A DNA stretch of 64,000 nt from a candidate division WOR-3 bacterium (GCA_965649165.1 CBFGJT010000006.1:1592-65591), one strand, 5' to 3'. Counted from the stretch's first letter, positions 45,240-55,146 are shown. Made by a program: numbers and translations. Notes: generated by a model from the letters alone, not told the origin.

Positions 45240-46214
45240 TCAGTCCGGATAGCCGTGGGGATATTTTTGATGCCACTCCCAGGCGTCGCGTAGCATATCT
45301 TCAAGATTTAACTCCGGTTGCCAGCCGAGTTCAGTGCGGATCTTTCGGGCAGAGGCGACCAGGACCGGTACATCTCCCGGTCTCCGGGGAGCGATCTCAT
45401 ATTTTATCTTTCTCCCGGTTACTTTCTCAGCGGTGGCAAAAACCTCCCGGACACTGTAACCCTTTTCTGAACCAAGGTTGTAAATGAGGTTACTTTCAGC
45501 AACTGCCTGCAGGGCGAGCAGATGGGCACGGGCAAGATCGTAAACATGGATATAGTCCCGGATGCAGGTGCCGTCTGGGGTAGGGTAGTCGTCGCCGTAA
45601 ATCCGGAAGGTTTCCCTCGGATCAAGCACCGAGCGCAGAATCCTCGGAATCAAATGGGTCTCAGGCCGGTGGTCCTCCCCCAGACCAGCATAGGCGCCCG
45701 CAACATTGAAATACCGAAGCGCACAGTAGCGTAGATTGACAGCCCGGGAATAGGCTTCAAGGAGCTGCTCAAAAATTCTCTTTGACGCACCATAAGGGTT
45801 TGCCGGGTACTGGGGCATCTCCTCGGTAAGCGGCACACTTTCCGGAACACCATAAACCGCAGCGGTGGAGGAGAAAATGAACCTGTTTACCCGGTAGCGG
45901 AGGCACGAGTTCAGGAGATTGATCCCGCAGGCAACATTGGTGTAGAAATAGAGATCCGGCTGGCACATCGACTCCTCAACCTCAATCCTGCCGGCAAAGT
46001 GCATGACCGCATCCGGTTTTTCCTGCCGCATTATCTGGTCCAGCTGCTTTGCATCACCAAGATCAGCAACGATGAGCCGGGCAGAAGGACTGACCGCAGA
46101 ACGATGGCCATGAGAAAGATTGTCAATTACAACGACCTCATAACCGGCATCCACCAAAAGCCGGACACAAACACTGCCAATATAGCCGGCACCACCGGTT
46201 ACCAGCACCTTCAT
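45240..46214 (-). CDS. galE: UDP-glucose 4-epimerase
   Basis: Begins MKVLVTGGAGYIGS at ATG 46214 and carries the YGASK catalytic motif. The track start, TTG 46244, is unlikely. Confidence 0.9.
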   Translation of the reverse strand: MKVLVTGGAGYIGSVCVRLLVDAGYEVVVIDNLSHGHRSAVSPSARLIVADLGDAKQLDQIMRQEKPDAVMHFAGRIEVEESMCQPDLYFYTNVACGINLLNSCLRYRVNRFIFSSTAAVYGVPESVPLTEEMPQYPANPYGASKRIFEQLLEAYSRAVNLRYCALRYFNVAGAYAGLGEDHRPETHLIPRILRSVLDPRETFRIYGDDYPTPDGTCIRDYIHVYDLARAHLLALQAVAESNLIYNLGSEKGYSVREVFATAEKVTGRKIKYEIAPRRPGDVPVLVASARKIRTELGWQPELNLEDMLRDAWEWHQKYPHGYPD

Positions 46215-46716
46215 TGCCTCAAATATAGCAGCTGAAATTGCCAAGGCAAATATTGCCGAAAATGGTCCTGATCCCAGTTTATTGCGGACAACCGGAGATG
46301 GTGTTAATATATGTGAGGGCTCAACCGTACCAAAACCTATAACTCACCACCTCCAGGCGACAATGGGCATATTAGGTACCCTGCGAAATGATTAATATCA
46401 CTAAAACCACACCCACCTTTATTATCATAACCATCCCCTATACTGCCCCGAGGGTAATGGCTAAATTTAATATATCAGATTAATAAATAAAGACTTAATA
46501 CAATAGAAGCCATCATAGCCATAAATCAATATATAATTATAAATAGATATCATAATAATTACAGTAGATATTAGTTTTTTGCGGGTTTTGGTTTAAGCAT
46601 TTGGTTTGGTTTTGGGGGTAAAATGAAAAATGGGGGTTAGTGGAGCGGATTTGCCTCAGTAATTTCTGGACTTATGGTGGGGAAAATATATAATTTTTCA
46701 AGAAAAGGAGGACATT

Positions 46717-47367
46717 ATGAAACGATGGCATGTATCGGTAATCGGTATGATCATAACCGGTCTGTTGTGGATCGGCTGTGATATCTTCGGGGCAAAGGAG
46801 GATTATTATCCGCTTGCAGTTGGGAACAGCTGGAGCTATCACGGTCATGTCAGGATTTTGACGGCTACCGATGATCAGCCAGATACTGTGCAGACAATGA
46901 CGATCCAGGTTGTGGCGACCGGAAAGGACAATCTGAATTCGGGTGAAGAGGTAATCCAGCTGGTGAATACAACCAGTGTTCATATGTATTTCCCGTTTGA
47001 GTCCACTTTTACTGTGGTTGATACTTCCTATGAGCGGGAGACGGGCGGTTTTGTGCTCAGTTATGAGAGTAAAACCGATTCAGCGCCGGATACAACGCTG
47101 GTTCTGCCATTAACAAAAGATAAGACCTGGCGGGTTAATGAAATTACCGTTGCCAAGGTCCTGCAGCAGGAGGATGTGAATGTGCCGGCAGGTACCTATC
47201 GGAGCGCCTGGAAAATTGAGCAGACGGTTAACACCGGGGCTCAGACTTTTACCCAGCACTGGTGGTATGCAAATAACATCGGTCCGGTTAAGGCTCACTG
47301 GCGGGAGCCCTACGGGACTGCGGCTTACGAATTTAATCTGGAGCTGACTGGAGCAACAATCAAATAA
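46717..47367 (+). CDS. Hypothetical secreted protein or lipoprotein
   Basis: An AAGGAGG Shine-Dalgarno sequence precedes it. The signal peptide MKRWHVSVIGMIITGLLWIGC ends in a Cys. Confidence 0.5.
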   Translation: MKRWHVSVIGMIITGLLWIGCDIFGAKEDYYPLAVGNSWSYHGHVRILTATDDQPDTVQTMTIQVVATGKDNLNSGEEVIQLVNTTSVHMYFPFESTFTVVDTSYERETGGFVLSYESKTDSAPDTTLVLPLTKDKTWRVNEITVAKVLQQEDVNVPAGTYRSAWKIEQTVNTGAQTFTQHWWYANNIGPVKAHWREPYGTAAYEFNLELTGATIK

Positions 47368-47389
47368 TTGTGAAACCGGTTTTACCGCA

Positions 47390-47420
47390 GCGGGTAGCGT
47401 CATGCTGCCCGCATTTATTT
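47390..47420 (+). terminator. Rho-independent terminator
   Basis: Stem GCGGGTAG/CTGCCCGC with one G-U pair, a 7-nt loop, then ATTTATTT. Confidence 0.5.
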
Positions 47421-47437
47421 AATTACCATTGGAAACG

Positions 47438-47917
47438 CTACTGAATCTGCCCCCGAATTTCGCCGTCAGGATAACTGCCGGATGAAATATTGATGAAAAT
47501 CTTGCCCATGCTCATGGCGTAGATCAGCGTCTCAATTCTGTGTCCGGTAAGAGGCCCCTTCAGATCCGCAGCGGTGAGCGTCTTCTGGGAGAGGACACCA
47601 TTATAGACACCCTGTTTGGGGGTGCGAGTGACCGGCAGGACCGCAACCTTCATATCCGGCTGGGCAGGTTCGCCCGGTTTGCCCAAATAAAGCGCTACTT
47701 CAAGCAGTCCGTCATTGTAAAGGTTGTTTACCGTCACTTTGCATTTAAGTTCAGTGTTATCACGATTCGGATCAAAAACAGCATCACCAGTTGCACTGGT
47801 GGTGGTGGGCGGAACCGCTTGGTCACCAGTTAGATGAGAAGAGTAGCTGGCATCAGTATGGGCAGCAAAGAATAAAATTGCCAGCAGGATACATAACATG
47901 AAACTTACTCTGGGCAT
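47438..47917 (-). CDS. CHRD domain protein (secreted)
   Basis: Signal peptide followed by HLTGDQAVPPTTTSATGDAVF, which is typical of CHRD domains. Confidence 0.7.
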   Translation of the reverse strand: MPRVSFMLCILLAILFFAAHTDASYSSHLTGDQAVPPTTTSATGDAVFDPNRDNTELKCKVTVNNLYNDGLLEVALYLGKPGEPAQPDMKVAVLPVTRTPKQGVYNGVLSQKTLTAADLKGPLTGHRIETLIYAMSMGKIFINISSGSYPDGEIRGQIQ

Positions 47918-47960
47918 CCTGACCTCCTAACTTAAGATTTAACTGTTTATCGCTGACGAG

Positions 47961-47989
47961 ATAATACACCACCAGCCCGATTTTGTCAA
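47961..47989 (-). promoter_or_regulatory. Sigma-70-type promoter of the CHRD gene
   Basis: On the minus strand: TTGACA (47989-47984), 17-nt spacer, TATTAT (47966-47961). A GGAGG Shine-Dalgarno sequence precedes ATG 47917. Confidence 0.45.
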
Positions 47990-48250
47990 GTATAATTAAC
48001 CGTGTCGAACTTCCCAGCATCTTAGCGATTTGAAAAAAGAGTTTGAGTCGATAAAGTATGAGCGGGTTGGTTGCCGTTCTCGTGGTTGGGGTCTTAGCAG
48101 TGACAACGACAGCCCGCAGCCTGGGCTTTTCCGAGTTCTGAACAGTGCAGGGATCGCTGCGACACCTGTTAACGATTGTTAGATAGATTTGACCCGCAAG
48201 TTTGAGATGGTTAGTTTATAACCGGCAGGAAGTTCTAAGGAGGAGGCGTT

Positions 48251-48874
48251 ATGAAGCATCTGGTTTGCTGGGCAGTGGCCGTGATTCTGCTTTGCCTTGT
48301 TGCCTGCTCGGTTCCGGTTTATGATCGGGCAGAGATCAATCCCGGACCTTCGGTTCTGCTTGGCGCAGGCGTCGGGACCGGGATTGCACCTTCGGGTTAT
48401 CCGGTAGTCTGCGGCCCGCCGTATTTAGACTATTATCTGGACGGGATTGGTACAGTGAGGCTGGGATACGGGTTCAACCGCGGGATCGGGCTGGTGCTGG
48501 AGGGTTTGCTGGGATATGGCACCTGGCCCTTTGGTCCCCCTAATGCACCCTACGAGTCGCTGGCAAGGAAGCCACTGATATATGACATCAATATCGCGCT
48601 GAAAATCAGGACCGGCAGCAAGGGTGCGCTTGTGCCCAGCATCGGCACCGGGATTTTTGACCTGAACTTTCTTTATGATTTTAACCGGTTTTATTCTGGA
48701 AACTTCGGGCTTGGGGCAAGGGGAGTGGGAGCCGGGCTCACGTGCACAGTTTATCTGAACCGGGACTGGAGGCTCCACATCGGCGGCAGGGCGAACCTGG
48801 CCTGGGGATTCTGGAGTGAACCGGGGGTTAGCGTCGGTGCCGGTCTGCAGTATCAACCCGGGAAGTGGCGATAA
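48251..48874 (+). CDS. Hypothetical lipoprotein, glycine-rich (possible small beta-barrel)
   Basis: An AAGGAGGAGG Shine-Dalgarno sequence precedes it. It has the lipobox LVAC, and G/Y/F-rich alternating segments follow. Confidence 0.45.
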   Translation: MKHLVCWAVAVILLCLVACSVPVYDRAEINPGPSVLLGAGVGTGIAPSGYPVVCGPPYLDYYLDGIGTVRLGYGFNRGIGLVLEGLLGYGTWPFGPPNAPYESLARKPLIYDINIALKIRTGSKGALVPSIGTGIFDLNFLYDFNRFYSGNFGLGARGVGAGLTCTVYLNRDWRLHIGGRANLAWGFWSEPGVSVGAGLQYQPGKWR

Positions 48875-48942
48875 TTAATTGACAAACGGGTAAGAGAGGT
48901 TTATAGTTAAATCAGCGAGCAAAACCTTAAAAGGAGGTCTTA

Positions 48943-50751
48943 ATGGCGCTAACGATATTTTGCGTAGTTATGATTACGCTCAGCCCTGCTGGGACAGGCG
49001 GTCAGCTCCCGCCGGTCTGGGGCGGTGGTGGCCCGGATTCATTCGGTTACCGGTATCTGGACTCGGATACCACCTGTCCGGGTGCACCGGTTTACAACTG
49101 GATTGAGATCAAGGGTGTGGGTACTCGGGTGATCGGTCTTGGTGATGACAATGTGGTCGGACCGTTTGATATCGGTTTCGAGTTCCCGTACTACTGGTAC
49201 CGGGTTGACAAGGTTTATATCGGCTCCAACGGATATATCGCCTTCCACGACAACACGATGAATGCCTCGCCTTTCCAGCGGATTCCGAGCCCGGCACGCT
49301 CCAATAACACCCTTGCGGCACTGATGAGCGATATTGACTGCTCGGCTTCGGGGTCACCGAACGGCTCGGTCTGGGTCTGGACCAGCCCGAATAACGATAC
49401 CTTTATCGTTGAATATGACAGTGTGCGGTTCTGGAATACGGGCGGCAATAACACCTTCCAGATCATTCTTTCGAAGCCGGACTCTTCAATTACCTTCCAG
49501 TATAAGGAGCAGTCGGGCGCACCGTATAACGGCTGGGTGCCGGATGCGAATCAGTGCGGAATTGAGAATGTATCAGGCAGAATCGGGTTGAATTATCTCT
49601 CCGGCAATATTCCCCCAGGCAACATGTACCACCCAGGACTGGCGGTGCGGTTCTTTCCGCCGGAGTCCACCACCCTGCAGGTTCACGATGCAGCGGTGCG
49701 GAACGCGATGAATGACCGGTCCGGCGGCATGTTTGCGGTCAATGGACAACCAATTACCTTCTGGGGTGTGATTCAGAACACCGGTAATCAGGCGGAAGCT
49801 CAGTTCCGGGCGGTAGCACGGGTGCGGAATCAGGCCGGCTCGGTAATGTTCATTGACTCCACCAATGTCCGGGCGCTCAACCCGTCCGAGACCGACTCGG
49901 TGGTGTTTAACCGGACCTGGACACCGACCACTAACGGTGTGTATACAATTCAGGTGATTTCCAAGCTGCCGGGTGATGCGGTGCCGGTTAATGATACAGC
50001 GACAATAGAGCTGAGGGTCGTGACCTTGCCGACGACGCTGACCTATGACCGGGGGACACCGACCAACTCAATGTACTGGAACGGTCCAGGCGGATTCGGT
50101 AACCGGTTTGTGCCACCGGTTTATCCTTGTTCCATCTCCAGTGCCCGGGTTTATATGCAGGCGACCACCAGCACACCGGTGGCAATTGGGATCTACGATG
50201 ACAACGGTCCGGGCGGCAGTCCGGGGGATACGCTCTACATCGCTACGGTCAATGTGCTCAATGCTGACTGGTATACAATCAACCCGCCGAGCCCGATTGT
50301 GATCACCGATGGCGCCTTCTTTGTCGGTGCCACTTCTGGAGTTACCGGTTCGCCCTCGTTTGGCATGGATTCGGTGCCACCACTTTCCTATCAGGGCTGG
50401 GAGTATACTGGTGTCTGGGCACCTTCGCGCGATGCGTCGCTGCGGGATATTATGGCAAATGCCACGGTTTCCGGACGGGTCGGGGTGATGGAACTGACAC
50501 CGGAACCGGTCCGGATACCGGCACGGCTGGAGGTTACGCCCAATCCAGGTAACGGTCTGCTGCGAATGACGCTGAGTGAAAGAACCGAGGCGCAGGTTGA
50601 GGTGTTTGATGCTTCGGGTAAGCTGGTGAGCACGGTGACCCTGAAGGATGGAATTGGGAGGCTGGATGTGCGCAGTATGGCAGGCGGCATCTACTTTGCC
50701 CGGGTGGCTAATAACGGCTCATCGGTTGCCAAGGTGATTGTGTCCAGATAG
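48943..50751 (+). CDS. Hypothetical secreted protein with T9SS-type C-terminal domain
   Basis: 602 aa with a signal peptide. The C-terminus reads QVEVFDASGKLV...GGIYFARVANNGSSVAKVIVSR. Confidence 0.55.
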   Translation: MALTIFCVVMITLSPAGTGGQLPPVWGGGGPDSFGYRYLDSDTTCPGAPVYNWIEIKGVGTRVIGLGDDNVVGPFDIGFEFPYYWYRVDKVYIGSNGYIAFHDNTMNASPFQRIPSPARSNNTLAALMSDIDCSASGSPNGSVWVWTSPNNDTFIVEYDSVRFWNTGGNNTFQIILSKPDSSITFQYKEQSGAPYNGWVPDANQCGIENVSGRIGLNYLSGNIPPGNMYHPGLAVRFFPPESTTLQVHDAAVRNAMNDRSGGMFAVNGQPITFWGVIQNTGNQAEAQFRAVARVRNQAGSVMFIDSTNVRALNPSETDSVVFNRTWTPTTNGVYTIQVISKLPGDAVPVNDTATIELRVVTLPTTLTYDRGTPTNSMYWNGPGGFGNRFVPPVYPCSISSARVYMQATTSTPVAIGIYDDNGPGGSPGDTLYIATVNVLNADWYTINPPSPIVITDGAFFVGATSGVTGSPSFGMDSVPPLSYQGWEYTGVWAPSRDASLRDIMANATVSGRVGVMELTPEPVRIPARLEVTPNPGNGLLRMTLSERTEAQVEVFDASGKLVSTVTLKDGIGRLDVRSMAGGIYFARVANNGSSVAKVIVSR

Positions 50752-50770
50752 GCATAAGTACCAGTAGCGC

Positions 50771-50796
50771 GGGGGCAGAGTTCTGCCCCCGTTTTT
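50771..50796 (+). terminator. Rho-independent terminator
   Basis: GGGGGCAG-AGTT-CTGCCCCC followed by GTTTTT. It overlaps the recO stop codon. Confidence 0.65.
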
Positions 50797-51565
50797 ATTG
50801 TCGCGGCTGGGCGAGACGCGCCAGCAGAGGGAATTTCCGGTGTGGATAGTGATGCGATACGAGTGCTACCACAAGCTCAGTAAGTGTATTATCCGAACCG
50901 GGAACCGAAAGCCGGGAAATTCCGACCGCTGGCGTATGGAGCAGTGACCTCAAAAGTTGAAGTTGTTCAGCACCGAGGGAAAGTGTGGCTGACCTGAGCT
51001 GCGGGCTGCAGCGGACACAGACCAGTGTGCCAGTTTCCGGGTTAAGCACTACTGGAGGGGTAAGTTTTTGCCCGCAACGGCTGCACCGGATCAGTTCGGG
51101 CCGGTAGCCGAGGAATGCCAGTGCCTTGAGCAGAAAAGAAAGCACAAGGAGCCGGATGGTGCCGGGGTTAAGTTCAGCTGGTTGCGCCAGCTGGTCAAGA
51201 TAGGTTAAAAGCAGGGCAAAAACCCGTTCCTCAGGATGTCGGGGCGGCAGGGTGCGTAAAAGGAATTCAGCAAGGACACTTGCCTCAACCAGGAGTTCAT
51301 ATTCGGTGTTCAAGCTGGAATACAGATTCAGCAGTTCGGCATCGGTTAGGATATGAAGTTCGCCCGCGCGGGGAGGGATGAGCAGGGCAGAGCAGTGGGC
51401 GAACAGGCCGGTAACGGCACCAAGTCTGCTCCTGGTTCGACGCGCACCCTTGGCCAGGGCAGAAACCAGTCCCAGCTCGCGGGTGAACAGGGAGAGGATG
51501 AGCGAAGTATTGTGCCAGGTGCGGGAGCGGAGACAGACCGCTTCAGTGTTTATCGGTGCGGTCAT
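50795..51565 (-). CDS. recO: DNA repair protein RecO
   Basis: 256 aa. The N-terminal OB region reads SLILSLFTRELGLVSALAKGARR. A zinc motif reads CSRCGQ...CVRC. Confidence 0.85.
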   Translation of the reverse strand: MTAPINTEAVCLRSRTWHNTSLILSLFTRELGLVSALAKGARRTRSRLGAVTGLFAHCSALLIPPRAGELHILTDAELLNLYSSLNTEYELLVEASVLAEFLLRTLPPRHPEERVFALLLTYLDQLAQPAELNPGTIRLLVLSFLLKALAFLGYRPELIRCSRCGQKLTPPVVLNPETGTLVCVRCSPQLRSATLSLGAEQLQLLRSLLHTPAVGISRLSVPGSDNTLTELVVALVSHHYPHRKFPLLARLAQPRQ

Positions 51566-51567
51566 TT

Positions 51568-52479
51568 TCAGTCTTCGGAGCGGATTTCCCCCACCAGCTC
51601 CTCAACCAGGTCTTCGAGGGTGACAATGCCGATTGCCCTCCCGGGAGGGGAATCGATGACCGCTAAATGTTCACCTCGGCGCTGCATCATCCCCAGCACC
51701 TCGAGTGCCCGGGTTTCTGCTGCTACTCTGAGCAACGGCCGGATGCGCAGCGGTCCCGGCTCAAGCAGATCCTTGACAACAATTACGCCGACGATGTTTT
51801 CCGGCCGCTTCTGATACACCGGGATCCGGGTATAACCGTAATGGCGGAGCAATTCAAGCAGCTCTTGGCGGTCAACGGTCGCCGAGACCGATTTTACCTG
51901 CTCCAGGGGAATTGCCGATTCACTGACCGCCATCCGGGCAAACTGAAACAGCCGGGCGGTCATCCGCCGCAGGCGCGGGCCGGTATCCGGTCTGCCCGGC
52001 AGGACTGTCAGATAATCTTCACGGGTAAGACTGAGCCGCTGAATTTTCGGCAGAACTCGTGCCAGGAGTGCGATTATCGGCAAAAACAGTAACCGGGTAA
52101 AGTTCAGAAAGAATGCGGTCATGCGCAGCCAGCGGGTAGGAACCGCCTGAGCCAGCGACTTGGGCAGGTAGTCCCCCAGAAGCAGAGTAAGGATAAGCAT
52201 GAGCCCGATGGCGAGTGGAGTATAGGCAGGGCCCAGTTCCCGGACAAAATAATGTTCAAACAGCTGGGTGGCAAAAACGCTGGTGAGATTGGTGCCGATC
52301 AGCGTCGTAATAATCGAAAGGGAAAGCCGGTCAATGGTACTGAGGGCATCGGCAGCACCCCGGACCTTTTTTCTTGACCAGTGAAGCAGACGGATCCAGT
52401 TTGCCCGGTAGAGGGCGGTCTCGGTCCCGGCGTAATAACCGGTTAAGAGAATCAGAATAAAGCCGAGCAGCAGATCCAT
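51568..52479 (-). CDS. CNNM/DUF21 transmembrane domain plus CBS-pair protein (no CorC_HlyC domain)
   Basis: 303 aa. The DUF21-type N-terminus reads YYAGTETALY. The C-terminus has a CBS pair ending VTLEDLVEELVGEI. Confidence 0.75.
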   Translation of the reverse strand: MDLLLGFILILLTGYYAGTETALYRANWIRLLHWSRKKVRGAADALSTIDRLSLSIITTLIGTNLTSVFATQLFEHYFVRELGPAYTPLAIGLMLILTLLLGDYLPKSLAQAVPTRWLRMTAFFLNFTRLLFLPIIALLARVLPKIQRLSLTREDYLTVLPGRPDTGPRLRRMTARLFQFARMAVSESAIPLEQVKSVSATVDRQELLELLRHYGYTRIPVYQKRPENIVGVIVVKDLLEPGPLRIRPLLRVAAETRALEVLGMMQRRGEHLAVIDSPPGRAIGIVTLEDLVEELVGEIRSED

Positions 52480-53696
52480 TACCGCTCCAGTTTCCGGATG
52501 AGTACTTTTTCCAGCCGGTGTTCGGATAATTCGGTGACTGTGATTTCAAGATTGCCGATGCGAACCGTGTCTCCGGTCTTTGCCAGCCTGCCAAGCCGAT
52601 CATAAATCAGGGCGGCGAGCCGGTCAAACTCAAATCCGGTAAAGGCATCTTCAAAAAGCCGGTTCAGGGTTGCCAGGTCAATCTCACCGTCAACAATATA
52701 CTCATTTTCCGCAACCCTGCGGTACGGAAATTCCTCAGCCCAGTCAAATTCGTCCCTGATTTCTCCAAAAATCGCCTCAAGGATATCTTCGAGTGTAACT
52801 ATACCCGCAGTCTGACCGAATTCGTCAATGACGATGGCGATATGGGAGTTTTTGCGTCGAAGTTCATCGAGCAAGAGTGTAAGCCGTTTGACTTCAGGAA
52901 CAAAGTAGGGTGGACGGGTGATGGTGGTGACCGGCAGTGCGGGGTCAGTGGCGGTTAAAAGCTCCTTCGCATAGACTACGCCAGTAATCTTTTCTAGTGT
53001 ACCCGAATAAACGGGCAGCCGGGAGAACCCGGACTGCCGGCAGACTTCAAGGGCCTTGGCGATCGTGGCATCGGCGGGCATTGCAACTATATCCTGGCGC
53101 GGGGTCATCACTTCCGAGACGGTGCGCCGGTCAAGCTGAATCAGGTTACGCAGAATTTCCTCTTCACCCGGAAGCAGTATCCCCTGTTCCCGACCAAAGG
53201 TGATCATGGTCTGCAATTCCGGCTCGCTTAGCTGGGCGTTTTCTTCCGGGAGTAGACGGGAAAAGGAATTAATTTTATTCAGCAACCAGGTTACGGGAGA
53301 AAGCAGCTGCCGGAACAAATATATGAAGGGGGTGAAGGCGCGGGCAAAGGCGTCCGGATAGCGCGCTGCCAGCAGTTTTGGTGTAATTTCGCCAAACAGC
53401 AGCAGTATTACCGTCATCAGGATACCTCCCACGGGAAGCACAATTGTGGGGGCAAGCCGAAATCGGCTGCTGAACTGGAGAAGCAGCAGGGTGAAAATGG
53501 CGGTGGCGCTGATGTTCACCAGCAGGTTACCGAAGAGCAGGGTGCCGAGCAGTATTCCCGGTTCCGCAATCAGCCGGCTGAGCAGCCGATGTTCCCGGAG
53601 CCGCCAGGGGGGCAGTGAGAAAAATGCGGCTTCAGAGCCGGAGAAGATGAATGAGAGCATGAGGAGGGCAATGATGGCGGGAATTTGCCAGAACAT
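52479..53696 (-). CDS. Hemolysin-family/CorC-type protein (DUF21, CBS pair and CorC_HlyC domains)
   Basis: 405 aa. Carries GSEAAFFS, IVTLEDILEAIFGEIRDEFD and a C-terminal transporter-associated domain. Confidence 0.85.
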   Translation of the reverse strand: MFWQIPAIIALLMLSFIFSGSEAAFFSLPPWRLREHRLLSRLIAEPGILLGTLLFGNLLVNISATAIFTLLLLQFSSRFRLAPTIVLPVGGILMTVILLLFGEITPKLLAARYPDAFARAFTPFIYLFRQLLSPVTWLLNKINSFSRLLPEENAQLSEPELQTMITFGREQGILLPGEEEILRNLIQLDRRTVSEVMTPRQDIVAMPADATIAKALEVCRQSGFSRLPVYSGTLEKITGVVYAKELLTATDPALPVTTITRPPYFVPEVKRLTLLLDELRRKNSHIAIVIDEFGQTAGIVTLEDILEAIFGEIRDEFDWAEEFPYRRVAENEYIVDGEIDLATLNRLFEDAFTGFEFDRLAALIYDRLGRLAKTGDTVRIGNLEITVTELSEHRLEKVLIRKLER

Positions 53697-53756
53697 TGGG
53701 CTTAGCTTCGGTTTCCCAGTTGCGGTTGCGTGGAGGGCATATTTGATAAAGTAAAA

Positions 53757-54173
53757 TCAGGGCAGCCGGTTCATCTCCCGATGGGAGAAACCGGCAAGAT
53801 GAAGCAGACCGTGGCGCACCAGCTGCAGCAGTTCGGTCTGGAGTTTGATGCCGGCAGCCTTTGCCTGCAACCGTGCCTGTTCCCGGGAGATGTAGATTTC
53901 TCCCAGTACCCCCCCACATCCGGGTACGGTACGTATCGGCGGTAAGGGGAAGGCAATGACATTGGTCGGCCGGTTGCGCCCAAGAAAGCGACGGTTGAGT
54001 TCGGTGATTTTCCGGTTGCTGACAAGGATGATATTAATCTCACCAGGAGGCAGACGGTAGTCAATAACCGGCTGCAACTGGTACAGAAGTCGGCGGATTT
54101 TGTGCTTCAGTCGGCGGTCCCGGGTGCCGAAGATGCAGAGCCGGAGTCTATTTTTGTGATTCGGTTTGCCCAT
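53757..54173 (-). CDS. ybeY: rRNA maturation endoribonuclease YbeY
   Basis: Carries a zinc motif HGLLHLAGFSH. I place the start at ATG 54173 (MGKPNHK), which overlaps the phoH end. The upstream part of the 190-aa track ORF is read-through. Confidence 0.8.
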   Translation of the reverse strand: MGKPNHKNRLRLCIFGTRDRRLKHKIRRLLYQLQPVIDYRLPPGEINIILVSNRKITELNRRFLGRNRPTNVIAFPLPPIRTVPGCGGVLGEIYISREQARLQAKAAGIKLQTELLQLVRHGLLHLAGFSHREMNRLP

Positions 54174-55146
54174 TAGTTCCTTTATTTTCGTAGGCGTGAA
54201 TAATTCTTGAAACCAGCGGTGGGCGGACAACATCACTTTTATCAAAGTGAACAATGCAGATGCCCGCGATACCGGCAAGTAGTTTTTCCGCCTCAACCAG
54301 GCCGGACCGGTATTTTTCTGAAAGGTCAATCTGAGTGATGTCGCCCGTGATGATTGCCTTGGAGTTCCAGCCGAGCCGGGTGAGAAACATCTTCATCTGA
54401 GTGGAGGTGGTGTTCTGGGCTTCGTCAAGGATGATGTAGGCATCCGAGAGGGTCCGGCCGCGCATAAAGGCGAGCGGGGCAACTTCGATTACCTCCTGCT
54501 CAATCAGCCGCTGGGTGCGCTCAAGCGGCAGCATGTCAAACAGGGCATCGTAAAGCGGGCGCAGGTAAGGGTCGATCTTCTCCTTGAAGGTACCGGGTAG
54601 ATAGCCGAGCGACTCGCCAGCCTCAACCGCCGGACGGGTCAGAATTATTCTGCTGGCACGGCCGGCAATCAAAGCATGAACTGCGACTGCAACCGCAAGG
54701 TAGGTTTTACCCGTTCCCGCCGGTCCGATGGCAAACACGATGTCGTTTTCACTGATGGCTTCAAGATAGCGGCGCTGGTTGGCACTTTTAGGCACAATGG
54801 TTTTGCGCGGGGTATGAATTACCGTCATATCTGCCGGTGCGATGGGCGGTTTTTCGAGCACCGGGCCGGGGGGTTCATTGAGTGTGCCTTTTTCCTCCCG
54901 GAGACGCCGGATTTCCGCTTCAATCAGTTCCGGAGTAATCCGTTCACCACGGCGACAGCGGGCAATAAGCCGGTCAAAAAGCTGCTGGAGTTCAGTTTTT
55001 TCAGCACGGGGACCGGAAAGGCGGAGCAGACCGTCGCGGTAGACGATATTGGTCCGGTAGTAGCGAGCAATGGTGGTCAGGTTTATGTCAGCGGGACCAA
55101 GCAGTTCCACCTGGTCCACATCTTCAGCAGGAATAAGATATCGCAA
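54148..55146 (-). CDS. phoH: PhoH-like ATPase
   Basis: Walker A GPAGTGKTYLAVA and DEAQN. Gene order phoH-ybeY-corC is conserved, as in ybeZYX. Confidence 0.9.
   Translation of the reverse strand: MRYLIPAEDVDQVELLGPADINLTTIARYYRTNIVYRDGLLRLSGPRAEKTELQQLFDRLIARCRRGERITPELIEAEIRRLREEKGTLNEPPGPVLEKPPIAPADMTVIHTPRKTIVPKSANQRRYLEAISENDIVFAIGPAGTGKTYLAVAVAVHALIAGRASRIILTRPAVEAGESLGYLPGTFKEKIDPYLRPLYDALFDMLPLERTQRLIEQEVIEVAPLAFMRGRTLSDAYIILDEAQNTTSTQMKMFLTRLGWNSKAIITGDITQIDLSEKYRSGLVEAEKLLAGIAGICIVHFDKSDVVRPPLVSRIIHAYENKGTNGQTESQK

Noticed and set aside
46245-46716. CRISPR array or tandem repeat in the AT-rich island; also a second DnaA-box cluster
   Set aside because: I could find no repeated unit of 20 nt or more and no spacer periodicity. 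I also found no 8/9 match to TTATCCACA.
48058-48141. 27-codon hydrophobic ORF (MSGLVAVLVVGVLAVTTTARSLGFSEF) in the CHRD/48251 intergenic region
   Set aside because: It has no convincing ribosome-binding site and lies in a divergent promoter region. It cannot be supported without comparative data.
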